Shown in pieces: positions 10,073-18,987 of a DNA stretch of 32,000 nucleotides. The stretch is from Microcystis aeruginosa NIES-843 (GTDB lineage Bacteria; Cyanobacteriota; Cyanobacteriia; Cyanobacteriales; Microcystaceae), in NCBI RefSeq assembly GCF_000010625.1, contig NC_010296.1:2580001-2612000 (forward strand), written 5' to 3'. Positions within the stretch are counted from its first letter, which is position 1. Each line of letters begins with the position of its first letter. The notes beneath the pieces were generated by a model that saw only the letters and a list, made by a program, of their open reading frames with translations, was not told where the DNA came from and searched no databases. The translations under genes were made by a program, and so were the position numbers.

Positions 10073-10115
10073 GATTGGATGGATTAAGAGTAAAGTCGGG
10101 AATCGTCCCTGAGGG

Positions 10116-10532
10116 CTATAATTCTAGTTTTTCTAATAGTTGATGTAATCTTGAGGGGTCTTGCAGATAAAGATAGCCGAACAGGGTTTCTAAACTGCTG
10201 GCCTGCTGATAGACTTGGGCTGTCAGACGACGGCGTTTTCCCGTGACCGCATTGCGTCCCCGGCGCAGAATTTCTTTTTCTTTGTCCGTCAGATAGGGCT
10301 GCAGTTGTGCTAAATCTAAAGCCTGTTGTTCGGCCCTGACTTTGCCCACCACCTGAGCGTGATAGTCTCCCAGACGCTGGGGCGGCAGTAAATAATAGGT
10401 GCGGATGTATAATTCATAAACAGCATCCCCTAGATAGGCCAGAGAAGCGGGCGATAATCGGTCAAGACCCTCTAGGATTGGTGAACCCTGGCCACTGACC
10501 TGTAAGCGAAGTTTTTCGAGAGGAGATTCCAC
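10116..10532 (-). CDS. mrnC: Mini-ribonuclease 3
   Basis: 138 aa, GTG start. RNase III-like signature [17 protein letters not shown] and the size are typical of Mini-III. Starts 3 nt after the STAS gene stop. Confidence 0.8.
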   Translation of the reverse strand: MESPLEKLRLQVSGQGSPILEGLDRLSPASLAYLGDAVYELYIRTYYLLPPQRLGDYHAQVVGKVRAEQQALDLAQLQPYLTDKEKEILRRGRNAVTGKRRRLTAQVYQQASSLETLFGYLYLQDPSRLHQLLEKLEL

Positions 10533-10535
10533 GAT

Positions 10536-10886
10536 TTACGCTTTTTCCAGATATTCGATCGCCGCTTCTAGGGTGGGTTGCAGGGAAAAAAACTTCTCCA
10601 ATCGCACCAGTTTTACAGTTTGAGTTACCCGGGGATTGGTAACAATTTGTAAACTGCCCCCTTCGGTTTTGGCCTTTTTCACCAATTTTACTAAAGCCCC
10701 TAAACCGGAGCTATCGATAAAATCAATCTGAGCGAGGCTAATAATCACATCCTTGGGACCTTGCTCCACATAGCCTTCGATCACCTTACAAAAAGTCGGT
10801 TCGGAAAAGGCATCTAAAAGACCCGTCAAACGGAAAATTTGGTACTTATCTCTGACCTCACGCGTGCCTCGCAAGCTGACGGTCAA
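10536..10886 (-). CDS. STAS domain protein (anti-sigma-factor antagonist family)
   Basis: 116 aa, TTG start. Pattern ...GLLDAFSEPTF...IDFIDSSGLGALVKLVKKAK...LQIV. Confidence 0.7.
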   Translation of the reverse strand: MTVSLRGTREVRDKYQIFRLTGLLDAFSEPTFCKVIEGYVEQGPKDVIISLAQIDFIDSSGLGALVKLVKKAKTEGGSLQIVTNPRVTQTVKLVRLEKFFSLQPTLEAAIEYLEKA

Positions 10887-10960
10887 GTTAATTGCTTCCG
10901 GAATAATCCCCTCCTAGCTCTAGAGCCGTAAAAATCAAAACCCTAGTATATCCTAAAAAT

Positions 10961-12109
10961 TTACGACCGATCCTTTTTTGCTTGCCGCATTAAATCGACA
11001 AATTTGGCAAACAGATAATCGGCATCGTGGGGGCCGGGACTGGCTTCGGGGTGGTATTGTACCGAGAAAAAGGGCAGAGACTTGTGTTTTAAACCCGCTA
11101 CGGTGCGATCATTGAGGTTGAGATGGGTAATCTCCACTTGCGGATTTAAAGATGCCTCCTGCACCGCAAAACCGTGATTCTGACTGGTAATTTCCACCTG
11201 TTGCCGCAGTCCACAGGGTTGATTTAACCCGCGATGACCAAATTTCAGTTTAAAGGTTTCTGCTCCTAGGGATAGCCCCAAAATTTGATGACCCATACAG
11301 ATGCCAAAAGTGGGTTTTTCCCCTTGTAAAAGTTGCTTGGCTAGGGCAATACCTTCGGTGACAGCCGCCGGATCTCCCGGTCCGTTAGAAAAGAAAATAC
11401 CATCGGGATTATAGGCGGCGATTTTTTCCGGGGGAGTGTCAGCGGGAACCACGATCACCCGACAACCGTAGCTGGCTAAACGCCGGAGAATATTGCGTTT
11501 GATGCCAAAATCGATCGCCACCACCGTTAACGGTTCTTGATCACTATCAATTGGTGCAAATTCCCAGGGGGAGGGGGTGGGAGTCGTCCATTCGTACACT
11601 TCCTTGGTGGTAACTTCTTTAACGAGATTTAACCCCGCCATACTGGGGGCCGCCTGCACCAGCCGCAGTAAATCGTGATAATCGAGTATTTCCGTAGAAA
11701 TTGCCCCATTCATCGCCCCAACCGAGCGAATTTTGCGGGTCAGAGACCGGGTATCGATGCCATAGATGCCAATAACATGATGATCGGCCAGATAATCCGG
11801 TAGGGATTGGGTAGAACGCCAATTACTGGGCCGGTGGCAGATATTTTTGGCGATCGCTCCTTTCACCTGGGGACGAATTGACTCCTCATCCTCGGGGTTA
11901 ACCCCCGTATTTCCCAATTCCGGATAGGTAAAAGTGACGATTTGACCGGCATAACTGGGATCGGTGAGGACTTCCTGATAACCAGTCATCCCCGTGTTAA
12001 AGACAACTTCGCCGACGGTGGTTCCCTTGGCCCCGAAGGAATAACCCTCGTAAACCGTACCATCGGCCAGAACTAATAAGGCTTTTTGACTAGCAGCACT
12101 TGATATCAT
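10961..12109 (-). CDS. carA: Carbamoyl-phosphate synthase small (glutaminase) subunit
   Basis: GATase catalytic region FGICMGHQ and [12 protein letters not shown]; N-terminal CPSase small-chain domain. The track ORF begins with TTG at 12115; I prefer the ATG at 12109. Confidence 0.92.
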   Translation of the reverse strand: MISSAASQKALLVLADGTVYEGYSFGAKGTTVGEVVFNTGMTGYQEVLTDPSYAGQIVTFTYPELGNTGVNPEDEESIRPQVKGAIAKNICHRPSNWRSTQSLPDYLADHHVIGIYGIDTRSLTRKIRSVGAMNGAISTEILDYHDLLRLVQAAPSMAGLNLVKEVTTKEVYEWTTPTPSPWEFAPIDSDQEPLTVVAIDFGIKRNILRRLASYGCRVIVVPADTPPEKIAAYNPDGIFFSNGPGDPAAVTEGIALAKQLLQGEKPTFGICMGHQILGLSLGAETFKLKFGHRGLNQPCGLRQQVEITSQNHGFAVQEASLNPQVEITHLNLNDRTVAGLKHKSLPFFSVQYHPEASPGPHDADYLFAKFVDLMRQAKKDRS

Positions 12110-12306
12110 CGTCAATTTTTTAATCTTGAGTAGTGGTGAGAAACAGAAGTCAAGGATAGACTAGAACAGGGACTAGAAAACGAATTGCTTAGTTTTAATT
12201 GGCTAGAGCGTTTTATGATTAAGAGTACATCCGCTCAAGGACAACAGTTTCCCCTGACTAGCCATCGGCAAGATCCTATCGCTTAAAAAATAACTATATA
12301 AGTAAT

Positions 12307-13194
12307 ATGAGTGCAAGAAAACTGACTGATGCCACGAAAAAAGAAATTCTTAAGCTTTATCGGGAAACGGAGGCCACCACTTCCACCTTAGCCGAGCGTT
12401 ATGGCGTGAGTAGTTCTACGGTCAGTCGTTTTCTCAAAAATTCTTTTTCTAGCGAGGAATACGAGCAATTAATCCAGAAAAAACGCTTGGCCCGCAATCC
12501 TCGTGGCCTTGAGGAAGAGGGAGCCGCAGCGGATTTATCGGAAAAAGCGATCGAGGTGATTAGTTTGCGGGCAGCCCACATCGCAGCTAAGGATGAGCAG
12601 GCTTTTCAGCAACCGATCGCTTCTGTGGAACAATTAACCCTGTTAATGGATACCTCTTACCCGCCAGAAGCAGATAATTCGGAAGAAACAGAAATTAATG
12701 GCGATAAACCCCCAGAAAAATCTAATTTAACCGAGTTTTTCGTCGAAGCTATCGAGGAAGAGGAGGAGGAAGATGAGCTTGACGAGGATTGGGATGAAGA
12801 TGAAGATGAAGATGAAGATGAAGATGAGGAGGAGGAGGAACTAGCGGGGAGCTATTTAGGCCCCACTATCGTTAAAACAGCCCAATTACAGATATTACCC
12901 CTATCGGCGGCGGCTTTTCCCAAAACCTGTTACTTGGTGATCGATCGCGCTGCCGAATTAATCACCCGTCCCCTCAAGGATTTTGCCGAATTGGGTAAGG
13001 TTCCCCCTCAGGAAATCCAGCAGCGCACTCTCCCCATCTTTGAAAGTCATCGCATCGCTCGCCGTTTCTCCAAGCGCAAGGAAAAAGTGATTAAAGTTCC
13101 CGACGGTCGCCTGATCGAAAAAGCTCACGCTCAACTGGAAGCTAAAGGGATCACCCGTCTGCTCATGGATGGTCGTATCTACGCTTTAGAGTAG
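12307..13194 (+). CDS. Hypothetical protein with an N-terminal helix-turn-helix and a central poly-acidic tract
   Basis: 295 aa. HTH-like LAERYGVSSSTVSRFLK. The run EEEEEEDELDEDWDEDEDEDEDEDEEEEE is encoded partly by (GATGAA)n. Confidence 0.55.
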   Translation: MSARKLTDATKKEILKLYRETEATTSTLAERYGVSSSTVSRFLKNSFSSEEYEQLIQKKRLARNPRGLEEEGAAADLSEKAIEVISLRAAHIAAKDEQAFQQPIASVEQLTLLMDTSYPPEADNSEETEINGDKPPEKSNLTEFFVEAIEEEEEEDELDEDWDEDEDEDEDEDEEEEELAGSYLGPTIVKTAQLQILPLSAAAFPKTCYLVIDRAAELITRPLKDFAELGKVPPQEIQQRTLPIFESHRIARRFSKRKEKVIKVPDGRLIEKAHAQLEAKGITRLLMDGRIYALE

Positions 13195-13232
13195 GGAATT
13201 AGGGGATTAGCAGGGGTTGGGAGATGGAGGAA

Positions 13233-13385
13233 GTGGGGGTGTGGGGTGTGGGGTGTGGGGTGTGGGGTGTGGGGTGTAGGGTGTAGGGTGTGGGGTGTCG
13301 GAAGAATAAATAGAAATAATCTCCTGTCTCCTGTCTCGGAGTCTCCTGACTCCTGAATACTGACTCAAGGCTGACGGCTGACGAC
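13233..13385. repeat. Compound heptamer arrays: (GTGTGGG)n with GTGTAGG variants, then CTCCTGT / CTCCTGA / CTGACGG-type units
   Basis: Direct reading: about nine GTGTGGG-type units at 13233-13298 and a second array at 13321-13385. Confidence 0.9.
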
Positions 13386-13700
13386 TAAAAAGCTGAATAA
13401 TCGAGTTTGAACAATAGATAAGTTTTTTAACAAGAGTAGTTTCAGATACTAATTACCCGATGGACTGGGGTAGAATTGGAAAAACCAGTCAAACTGTTTT
13501 AGCCAAGCTACTTAACTATGATGAAAATTAACTTGCTGTTCGGGTTATCTTCCCTTAAAAAATCGATAAAAAACTTTACATAAACTCAAAGGAGACCCTC
13601 GTAAATTTCTCATCTAAAAGCGGAGTGAGTTATCGGACAAAGTTTTTAGGTGCTTTTGTTGATTACTTCTTAACCACCATCTTAAAGTAGAAGAAGGGAG

Positions 13701-14480
13701 ATGAAAGTTAATCAGTTACTAAGACTCTACGAACAAGGAGAGCGGGATTTTTTAGCCATTGACTTGATGAGTCTAGACCTACAACAAGTGACTCTGATCG
13801 CTGTCAATTTTGCGGCGGCAAATTTGCGCGGAACTAATTTGAGTCGCTCTTTTCTGACTAAATCAAATCTGCGGGGAGCGAGTTTGAATTGGGCGAATTT
13901 AACCTATGCCAAATTAAGTCAAGCGCAATTAGTGGAAGCGGACTTAACCAAAGCTAATCTCACCGGGGCCTTTATGGTACAGGCAAACCTGCGTAACTCG
14001 CGATTAAGTGGGGCGGATCTTTCCCATGCTAATCTCCGGGGGGCGAATTTATGCGGGGCGAATTTATGCGGGGCGAATTTATACTTAGTTAATCTCTTGG
14101 AGGCAACCCTAGATAAAGTCAATCTCAATTGGGCTAATTTGCAGGAAGCGCGGTTAAGTGGCGCTAAATGTCGTCAGATTTCCGCAAGGGAAGCCAATTT
14201 TAGCGGCTCTTTTCTTAAAGAGGTGGACTTTCAAGGGGCCAATTTAGAAAGGGCTAATTTTAGCGAGGCACGTCTGACGGGTAGTGATTTACGCGGGGCT
14301 AATTTAGCGGGTGCTAATCTAGCGGGAGCGCGTTTACAAGAGGTAAATCTACAGGGAGCGGACTTGAGGGGTGCTAACTTGACGGGGACTTGTTTTGAGA
14401 GCGTCACCGGTTGGACAGAAACCGCCCAAGAAGATGATATTTTTCCCCTAGACTGGTTTCAGCCCCGTTTTGCCACTTAA
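13701..14480 (+). CDS. Pentapeptide repeat-containing protein
   Basis: 259 aa, almost entirely A(D/N)LxG-type pentapeptides (ANLRGANLCGANLCGANLY...). Good SD (gaagggag) before the ATG. Confidence 0.9.
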   Translation: MKVNQLLRLYEQGERDFLAIDLMSLDLQQVTLIAVNFAAANLRGTNLSRSFLTKSNLRGASLNWANLTYAKLSQAQLVEADLTKANLTGAFMVQANLRNSRLSGADLSHANLRGANLCGANLCGANLYLVNLLEATLDKVNLNWANLQEARLSGAKCRQISAREANFSGSFLKEVDFQGANLERANFSEARLTGSDLRGANLAGANLAGARLQEVNLQGADLRGANLTGTCFESVTGWTETAQEDDIFPLDWFQPRFAT

Positions 14481-14521
14481 AAGTCAATATATCTGCCGAA
14501 AGCCCCTCCTTTTCCTATCAA

Positions 14522-15049
14522 TTAACGATTAGCTGGAGTGGTTAATCTTTGGTTAGGAATGGGGATTGGGGGAGCATTATTCGGCTCATCCTCGAAGGGT
14601 AAAGCAGGGGGAGGAGGAGGAGTGGTAGCACTGGGAGATGGTGCTGGAGATGGCGTGGGATTAACGGCAGCGGGGGGACTTTTCGGGGTGACTACGGGTG
14701 CGGGAGAGCTAAAACCGAGGAGAGCTTTGCCAAAGGGAAAAACATTAGCCCAGCGTTGAATATTGGGATGGCCAAACCAATCTTGACGGGATACCTTCAC
14801 CGAGAGGAGAGGTGCGATCGCCCCTGATTTTTCGGCCGTTATCAATAAATCAATTTTATTAAGACCCTGTTGTTGATTAAAACGACTGATGATAGTTTTC
14901 TCTGCTAATTGCGATGCTCTAGTCAATAATCCTTCGTAGGATTCTCCCCGTTTAACTGTGATGGGAAGATTAACAGTGGATTGAGCAAAAACCACATCAA
15001 CGGCGATAATTCCCGTCAGCAGCGTTAAAACAGTAATAGACTTGTACAT
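14522..15049 (-). CDS. Secreted hypothetical protein with a proline-rich C-terminus
   Basis: 175 aa. N-terminal signal-like segment MYKSITVLTLLTGIIAVDVVFAQS. C-terminal PAPSPSATTPPPPPALP tract. Confidence 0.55.
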   Translation of the reverse strand: MYKSITVLTLLTGIIAVDVVFAQSTVNLPITVKRGESYEGLLTRASQLAEKTIISRFNQQQGLNKIDLLITAEKSGAIAPLLSVKVSRQDWFGHPNIQRWANVFPFGKALLGFSSPAPVVTPKSPPAAVNPTPSPAPSPSATTPPPPPALPFEDEPNNAPPIPIPNQRLTTPANR

Positions 15050-15215
15050 AGGACAGACGGTTAAACAGACACTCCCTGGCTAGGGTCGGGATCTTCCCTG
15101 TTAGAGTTCCCCGATCGCTTTCTTAAATTACCACGATCGATCTCTGGCCACAATTGAAAATTTTCCGGTAGCAAAATCGTCCTTGGCTCCTAGCAATAGG
15201 CAATAGGGGAATAAT

Positions 15216-15419
15216 TAGGGCTGGCTGAATAAATCTAAAAACTTTGTTGGATAATATCTTTAGGCTTTTTTGCCATCAAAAAGTGCCAGTCATTGGAGTG
15301 ATCAGGGGGGAAAATTCCGGGACTTTTTCCCTGAACATTGGGTAATTGACCACCTGAAAATGGCTAAAACCCCACACCCGACACCCCACCCCCACGAAAA
15401 ACTGTTTCAGCATAACCTA
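15216..15419 (+). mobile_element. MITE copy 2, more diverged (termini GGGCTGGC/GCATAACC, TA-flanked)
   Basis: Colinear by eye with 19138-19355 (aaatctaaaaactttgttgg...aaaagtgccag...ggggggaaaattc.gggactttttccctgaa...ccccac arrays). Confidence 0.75.
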
Positions 15420-15455
15420 ATTATATTTGGCTATATCGACCAGAGGGTTTTAATT

Positions 15456-15977
15456 ATGACACAAACTAGCGAAACCGTTACCTATTCTCTCGAATCTGTC
15501 CTGACAAGGATCGAGAGTAAAATCGACAATCTCCAAAGAGATGTTAATCAGAAAATTGACTCTCTCCAAAGAGATATGGATCAAAAATTTGACAATCTCC
15601 AAAGAGATATGGATCAAAAATTTGACAGTCTCCAAAGAGATGTGGATCAGAAAATCGACAGTCTCCAAAAAGATGTTAATCAAAAATTTGACAGTCTCCA
15701 AAAAGATGTTAATCAAAAATTTGACAGTCTCCAAAAAGATGTTAATGATTTAAAGGTGGAAGTCACAGAAATCAAAGGAGATATTAAAACTCTTGATCAG
15801 AAAGTCGAAACAATGGATAAACGACTGGAAAAAGTCGAAGATAGTTATGCAATCCTAGTTAAAGATATTGCGGACTTGAAAGGGTTTAAATCTCTGATTA
15901 TCCCCATGGTTGTAGCTTTTTTAAGTGCCGTGGTCACTTTGGGATTGCGCGGCTTTTTTCTTGGCAATAAACCTTGA
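15456..15977 (+). CDS. Hendecad-repeat coiled-coil protein with a C-terminal transmembrane anchor (XhlA-like topology), paralog 1
   Basis: I chose the start at MTQTSETVTY by homology with paralog 2; the 62 upstream in-frame codons are MITE sequence. Six full 11-aa units (LQRDVNQKIDS type) plus one partial, then the TM segment LIIPMVVAFLSAVVTLGLRGFFL. Confidence 0.7.
   Translation: MTQTSETVTYSLESVLTRIESKIDNLQRDVNQKIDSLQRDMDQKFDNLQRDMDQKFDSLQRDVDQKIDSLQKDVNQKFDSLQKDVNQKFDSLQKDVNDLKVEVTEIKGDIKTLDQKVETMDKRLEKVEDSYAILVKDIADLKGFKSLIIPMVVAFLSAVVTLGLRGFFLGNKP
15531..15750 (+). repeat. 33-bp in-frame tandem repeat, about 6.6 units
   Basis: Units start at 15531, 15564, 15597, 15630, 15663, 15696 and 15729, each beginning ctccaaa(g/a)aga. 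Confidence 0.9.
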
Positions 15978-16018
15978 TTTTTTATTTCAAGAAAGTAGTT
16001 ATTTTCAAGAGGTTTTTA

Positions 16019-16444
16019 ATGATGACACAAACTAGCGAAACCGTTACCTATTCTCTCGAATCTGTCCTGACAAGGATCGAGAGTAAAATCGACACCCTCC
16101 AAAGAGATGTTAATCAGAAAATCGACAATCTCCAAAGAGATATGGAGCACAAATTTGACAGTCTCCAAAAAGATGTTAATCAAAAATTTGACAGTCTCCA
16201 AAAAGATGTTAATGATTTAAAGGTGGAAGTCACAGAAATCAAAGGAGATATTAAAACTCTTGATCAGAAAGTCGAAGCGATGGATAAACGACTGGAAAAA
16301 GTCGAAGATAGTTATGCAATCCTAGTTAAAGATATTGCGGACTTGAAAGGGTTTAAATCCCTGATTATCCCCATGGTTGTAGCTTTTTTAAGTGCCGTGG
16401 TTACTTTGGGATTGCGCGGCTTTTTTCTTGGCAATAAACCTTAA
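16019..16444 (+). CDS. Hendecad-repeat coiled-coil protein with a C-terminal transmembrane anchor, paralog 2
   Basis: MMTQTSETVTY start, with ATGs at 16019 and 16022. Three full 11-aa units plus one partial. The C-terminal roughly 95 aa are nearly identical to paralog 1. Confidence 0.7.
   Translation: MMTQTSETVTYSLESVLTRIESKIDTLQRDVNQKIDNLQRDMEHKFDSLQKDVNQKFDSLQKDVNDLKVEVTEIKGDIKTLDQKVEAMDKRLEKVEDSYAILVKDIADLKGFKSLIIPMVVAFLSAVVTLGLRGFFLGNKP
16097..16217 (+). repeat. 33-bp in-frame tandem repeat, about 3.6 units
   Basis: Units start at 16097, 16130, 16163 and 16196. Confidence 0.9.
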
Positions 16445-16501
16445 ATATATCAGTGGATATTTTAATCATCAAGTTTATTTTGTACTCTACCAATAAAATC
16501 C

Positions 16502-18049
16502 ATGAGTTTTTGCATTAATCCTCATTGTCCTAAACCGAAAAGTATCAAGGAGAGTCGTTACTGTCAATCCTGTGGTTCCGACTTGCTTTTAAATGGTAAA
16601 TATCGAGTCACAAATTTATTGAGTGCCAAGGGTGGATTTGGTAATACCTATGAAGTGATAGATGAACATAAAATACCCAAGGTATTAAAAGTTCTTACCT
16701 ACGATTCCAGCAAAGCTATTGATTTATTTCAACAGGAAGCCAATCTTTTAAAACAATTAAATCACCCCGGTATTCCCAAAGGAGAAAACTATTTTATTTA
16801 TCATCCCCGGGAGAGTCAAACTGCTTTACACTGTTTAGTTATGGAGAAAATTGCTGGTATTGACTTAGAAGAATATCAAAAACAAAGAGGATTTAAACCG
16901 ATTGATTATAATCTCGCTTTGGATTGGTTAACTCAGTTAGCTAATATTCTCCACGAGGTTCACAAACATAAATTCTATCATCGCGACATCAAACCCTCTA
17001 ATATTATCTTAAAACCCGATGGTCAATTAGTTTTAATTGATTTTGGAGCGGCGCGACAAGTCACTAAAACCGTCCTAGCAGGAGGCAAAAATACAGGAAT
17101 TTATACTCCCGGATATGCTCCTACTGAACAATCTCTTGGTCACTCTGTCCCCCAATCAGACTTTTATGCTTTGGGCAAAACTTTCGTCTTTTTGTTAACT
17201 GGTAAAGAACCCAGTGACCCGAAAATTTATAATATTAATACTAATGAATTTAACTGGCGTAAATATGCCCCAAAAATCCCTTCTCGATTAGCAGATTTTA
17301 TCGATAATTTAATGGCAGAAAAACCTATTGATCGACCTAAAGACACCAAAACTTTGCTAAAAATTATTACCGATATTAAAGCCAATCCCCATCAACCTAA
17401 AAAAACTAAAAATTCTTCTCCTGAAAAACCTAAAATTATTGCTATTCCCAATCCTGCAATTATTTCTTTAATCGCTGCAATTTCTCCCAGTTATGCTGGG
17501 TTTTGGCTCCGGTTAAAAGCCTCTTTAATTGATTCTTTTATCGTTCTTATTATCGCCGCTTTATTAGGTGGTTATATCTGTTTTCGCTTACAACAATGGT
17601 CAACTTTTCAAGATTTAAACCTTGATTTTGATATAGCCAAAGAAATCTGGGTTTACTATGCAGCAGGATTAAGTGCAGCTGGAACAACAATTATCGGGGT
17701 TGCTTTATTTGTAGCAGCAATTATCTATAATATTCAAGCCAAAATTAACTTTACTCACGAACATATTGCCATCCTGACTGCTCTCGGTTTAGGAATAGTG
17801 ATTAAATGGTTATATTATGTTTTCTTAGAATATCTTTTTAAAGCCACTATTGGTAAAATGTTTTTTGATTTATCCGTCACCGATAGCCAAGGCCGACGCA
17901 TATCTTTTGCAAGAGCCAATCGCCGCTACTTACTAAAATTTATCTCCACTGCTCCCTTATATTTGGGCTTTTTACTGGCAGCCTGGACAAAGAAAAAACG
18001 CGCCCTTCATGACATGATTTCTGGTACACAAATCCGCAAAAAAAAGTAA
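16502..18049 (+). CDS. Ser/Thr protein kinase with an N-terminal 4-Cys zinc-ribbon prefix and a C-terminal membrane RDD domain
   Basis: 515 aa. CINPHC...CQSCGS. Kinase motifs GGFGNTYEV, VLKVL, HRDIKPSNIIL, DFG and GYAPTE. The C-terminal multi-TM region has RDD-family residues (FWLRLKASLIDS ... ALHDMISGT). Confidence 0.85.
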   Translation: MSFCINPHCPKPKSIKESRYCQSCGSDLLLNGKYRVTNLLSAKGGFGNTYEVIDEHKIPKVLKVLTYDSSKAIDLFQQEANLLKQLNHPGIPKGENYFIYHPRESQTALHCLVMEKIAGIDLEEYQKQRGFKPIDYNLALDWLTQLANILHEVHKHKFYHRDIKPSNIILKPDGQLVLIDFGAARQVTKTVLAGGKNTGIYTPGYAPTEQSLGHSVPQSDFYALGKTFVFLLTGKEPSDPKIYNINTNEFNWRKYAPKIPSRLADFIDNLMAEKPIDRPKDTKTLLKIITDIKANPHQPKKTKNSSPEKPKIIAIPNPAIISLIAAISPSYAGFWLRLKASLIDSFIVLIIAALLGGYICFRLQQWSTFQDLNLDFDIAKEIWVYYAAGLSAAGTTIIGVALFVAAIIYNIQAKINFTHEHIAILTALGLGIVIKWLYYVFLEYLFKATIGKMFFDLSVTDSQGRRISFARANRRYLLKFISTAPLYLGFLLAAWTKKKRALHDMISGTQIRKKK

Positions 18050-18097
18050 CCAGAACCTAGAAAAGTAGGGAGATGGGAGCAGGACGATAGGATAAAA

Positions 18098-18910
18098 TCA
18101 ACTACAATAGGGACAAGATATTCCCGCTTGGTAATTGGGGGATTGTTTATCTTTTTCATCGATGGGATGACCGCAAGCGGGACACATTTCATAATGTCCT
18201 ACCTCTAAATTAGCTGTTAGTGCCACTCTTTGATCGAAAACAAAACATTCTCCTTGCCAAAGACTCTGATCGGGACTAACTTCTTCCAAGTATTTCAAAA
18301 TACCTCCCTCTAGCTGATAAACTTGAGAAAAGCCTTGATTTAATAAAAAAGCTGCCGCCTTTTCACAGCGAATTCCCCCCGTACAAAAAAGAGCTATTTT
18401 CTTATTGTTAATACGATCAAAATTGTCGTAAATATACTCAGGAAATTGGCGAAAATGCTGGATTTCTGGGTTAAGCGATCCCGCAAAAGTACCGAGCGCC
18501 ACTTCATAATTATTACGAGTATCGATAACTACCACGTCCGGCTCTTTCAGCAATTGGTTCCACTCTTCAGTTTTGAGATGAATTCCTGTTTTTTCGAGAG
18601 GATTAGCCTTGGGTTGACCAAAAGTCACAATTTCCTTTTTTAAGCGAATTTTTAAGCGTTGAAAGGGCAAATAATCACAAACAGACTCTTTCACCTCTAG
18701 ATTAGCTAAACGAGTATCGGTTTTTAACCAACTAATCACCTCGGCGATCGCTAGACTGTTCCCAGCGATCGTTGCGTTAATCCCCTCGGCTGCCAGAAGA
18801 ATAGTTCCTTTAATTCCTCTTTCTTGGCAGTATTTTTGTATTTCTGGCTGTTTTTGACGATAATCTGACAAAGCCACAAACTGGTAAAAAGTGGCGACTA
18901 GATAAGACAT
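18098..18910 (-). CDS. trhO: Rhodanese-related tRNA uridine(34) hydroxylase (UPF0176/YceA family)
   Basis: VATFYQFVAL N-terminus, rhodanese active-site loop FCTGGIRCEKA, C-terminal Cys cluster CPACGHP...CPYC. ATG at 18910 preferred over TTG at 18919. Confidence 0.8.
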   Translation of the reverse strand: MSYLVATFYQFVALSDYRQKQPEIQKYCQERGIKGTILLAAEGINATIAGNSLAIAEVISWLKTDTRLANLEVKESVCDYLPFQRLKIRLKKEIVTFGQPKANPLEKTGIHLKTEEWNQLLKEPDVVVIDTRNNYEVALGTFAGSLNPEIQHFRQFPEYIYDNFDRINNKKIALFCTGGIRCEKAAAFLLNQGFSQVYQLEGGILKYLEEVSPDQSLWQGECFVFDQRVALTANLEVGHYEMCPACGHPIDEKDKQSPNYQAGISCPYCS

Positions 18911-18932
18911 GGCAGGCAAGGGGAAAATTTAC

Positions 18933-18961
18933 TTGTAATATTTTTCACTATAGGTTATAAT
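18933..18961 (+). promoter_or_regulatory. Candidate sigma70-type promoter for tRNA-Ala (TTGTAA - 17 nt - TATAAT)
   Basis: -35 at 18933-18938 and -10 at 18956-18961, 27 nt upstream of the tRNA 5' end. Sequence match only. Confidence 0.4.
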
Positions 18962-18987
18962 AACGAGAGTGTCTCAAAAACCAGATC

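Noticed and set aside
14538-14759. 73-aa Gly-rich plus-strand ORF
   Set aside because: It is antisense to the proline-rich tail of the 14522-15049 gene; the GGN codons mirror CCN codons.
15270-15455. 62-codon N-terminal extension of the first hendecad protein in the ORF track (MPSKSASHWSDQGG...PHPTPHPH...)
   Set aside because: The extension is read-through of MITE copy 2, including its heptamer array. Paralog 2 and the shared upstream bases support the ATG at 15456.
15531-15750. Regular 33-bp direct repeats that at first glance resemble a CRISPR-like array
   Set aside because: The units are contiguous with no spacers. They are in frame inside a long ORF and encode an 11-residue coiled-coil repeat. 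No cas genes are nearby.
15450-16201. Antisense and off-frame ORFs within the hendecad genes (15450-15734, 15541-15753, 16016-16201)
   Set aside because: They are kept open only by the 33-bp periodicity. The sense frame has the coherent start, coiled-coil pattern and TM anchor.
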